DNA of 37,258 nt from an uncultured Oscillospiraceae bacterium (GTDB lineage: Bacteria > Bacillota > Clostridia > DSM-8532): the NCBI GenBank assembly GCA_964522755.1, contig CAZFWQ010000002.1:4318-41575 (forward strand). The letters are read 5' to 3'. Positions 36,332-37,258 of the stretch are shown here, one piece after another. Within the stretch, counting starts at the first letter, position 1. Each line of letters starts with the position of its first letter. The position numbers and the translations under genes were made by a program. Below the pieces are notes generated by a model, which was given only the letters and a program-made list of their open reading frames with translations, was not told the origin of the DNA and searched no databases.

Positions 36332-36480
36332 GAACGTTAGAATGATTCGGTTCCCCCGCTCTGCGCGATGAAGCGTCCAGGTTGTCCGTGTTTTCCCGTG
36401 GCGGACTTTGTACTGCGGGAGGGGGCCCTGGCACTCGGTTCGCCCAATACGGCGGAATTGGAAGGATGTGACTCGGAGCC

Positions 36481-37258
36481 ATGAATGTTACGCATCTTGA
36501 AAGACCATACGCTCCGGAACGCTACCTGCTCGACTTCGACACGGATCGCATCCCGCATGAGGAATACGATGCCGTAATCATCGGGAGCGGCATTGCCGGT
36601 GTCTATACAGCCCTTTCCATGTCACGGGCGGCACGTGTGCTCATCATCACGAAGGAAGCCATCGACATGAACAACTCCGTCCTCGCGCAGGGCGGCATTG
36701 CCGTTTCTCTGGACCAGGCGGATTCGGCGAACCTGCATTTCCGTGATACGGCCTATGCCGGGGCAGGACTGTGCGACGAGGATGCAGTTCGGACACTCGT
36801 CAGCGAGGCGGCCGAAAACATTGCACAGTTGTGCCTTTACGGCGTGAACTTCGACAGGGGGTCGGACAAGCAACTCTCCCTTACGCGGGAAGCGGCCCAC
36901 AGCCGAAACCGCATCATCCACACGGGCGACGCCACGGGCAAGGAAGTCTGCGACACCCTGGTCAGTGCCGTGCGGGGTCTGGACAACGTCATCATCCGCG
37001 AAGAGACATTTGCCGTGGACCTGATCACAGTGGACGGGGTCTGCCGCGGTGTGCTCGCGATGGATGAAAAAGGCGATCTGCTGGCGTACGCCGCTCCCGT
37101 CGTCATTTGCGCATCGGGCGGATACGGGAGGCTGTATGCCAATACGACAAATCCGGAGGTTGCCACCGGGGACGGTGCCGCCATGGCATACCGGGCCGGC
37201 GTCCCCCTGATGGATTTGGAGTTCGTCCAGTTCCACCCCACGGCCCTGTTCCACCCCT
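36481..37258 (+). CDS. nadB: L-aspartate oxidase (5' part; runs off the right edge)
   Basis: Absent from the ORF track because it has no stop. My translation from ATG 36481: MNVTHLERPYAPERYLLDFDTDRIPHEEYDAVIIGSGIAGVYTA...AQGGIAVSL...HSRNRIIHTGDATGKEV...ASGGYGRLYANTTNPEVATGDGAAMAYRAGVPLMDLEFVQFHPTAL. These are FAD-binding and NadB/succinate-dehydrogenase-flavoprotein family motifs. Confidence 0.85.
   Translation, partial: MNVTHLERPYAPERYLLDFDTDRIPHEEYDAVIIGSGIAGVYTALSMSRAARVLIITKEAIDMNNSVLAQGGIAVSLDQADSANLHFRDTAYAGAGLCDEDAVRTLVSEAAENIAQLCLYGVNFDRGSDKQLSLTREAAHSRNRIIHTGDATGKEVCDTLVSAVRGLDNVIIREETFAVDLITVDGVCRGVLAMDEKGDLLAYAAPVVICASGGYGRLYANTTNPEVATGDGAAMAYRAGVPLMDLEFVQFHPTALFHP

Noticed and set aside
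36332-36480. NAD+ riboswitch (nadA motif class I or pnuC motif class II) in the nadB leader.
   Set aside because: I do not see the tandem-domain CAACA-type conserved nucleotides as I remember them. Those classes are reported from other lineages and gene contexts. I kept it only as an unassigned structured leader.
36047-36482. The 62-aa (36047..36235) and 98-aa (36186..36482) minus-strand ORFs, and the 129-aa plus-strand ORF (35944..36333), in the sensor-nadB intergenic region.
   Set aside because: They have no SD at their annotated starts and their translations are low-complexity or odd in composition. They overlap a good nadB promoter. Only the short SD-preceded 22-codon segment was kept, as a low-interest finding.
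1-37258. Genomic island, prophage, IS element, integron or ICE.
   Set aside because: There are no integrase, transposase, recombinase, phage structural or conjugation genes. I noticed no terminal inverted repeats and no tRNA attachment sites. The intein is the only selfish element found.

Overview
About 37 kb of GC-rich chromosomal DNA with Gram-positive (Bacillota-type) expression signals: GGAGG-like Shine-Dalgarno sites and sigma-A-like -35/-10 boxes. I call 25 protein-coding genes, two of them cut by the window edges. I see no rRNA or tRNA, no CRISPR array, and no transposase, integrase or phage genes.

Gene content from left to right:
- an ABC exporter (permease plus ATPase)
- a pair of cytoplasmic glycoside hydrolases (GH63/trehalase-like and GHL6-like)
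- class Ia ribonucleotide reductase nrdA-nrdB
- a small FmdB-type zinc-ribbon protein
- a minus-strand sugar block: ThuA-like protein, two tandem CE1-type esterase paralogues and GH32 beta-fructofuranosidase
- an ABC-2 exporter (ATPase plus two permeases) preceded by a PAS-GGDEF-HD-GYP protein
- an HtrA-type protease
- a polyol dehydrogenase plus MFS transporter
- a class II (B12-dependent) ribonucleotide reductase nrdJ
- arylamine N-acetyltransferase and HelD helicase
- an orphan lipoprotein and a rhomboid-like membrane protein
- a 7TM-PAS-GAF-HD-GYP sensor
- the 5' part of nadB

The only clear selfish or mobile element is a 366-aa LAGLIDADG intein. It is inserted immediately before the catalytic cysteine of NrdJ.

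I did not find a convincing new multi-gene system such as a defence island, retroelement or toxin-antitoxin pair. The best leads are small-scale:
- the intein
- an in-frame 8 x 21-nt tandem repeat in the cytoplasmic tail of HtrA
- a roughly 21-nt-periodic CCGCAGGCAGGC repeat array (or a 54-aa coupled sORF) after helD
- structured leaders or operators at nadB, nrdA and nrdJ
- a NAT-HelD gene pair
- a lipoprotein plus catalytically dead rhomboid-like pair

All family assignments come from motif recognition by eye, not from database searches.
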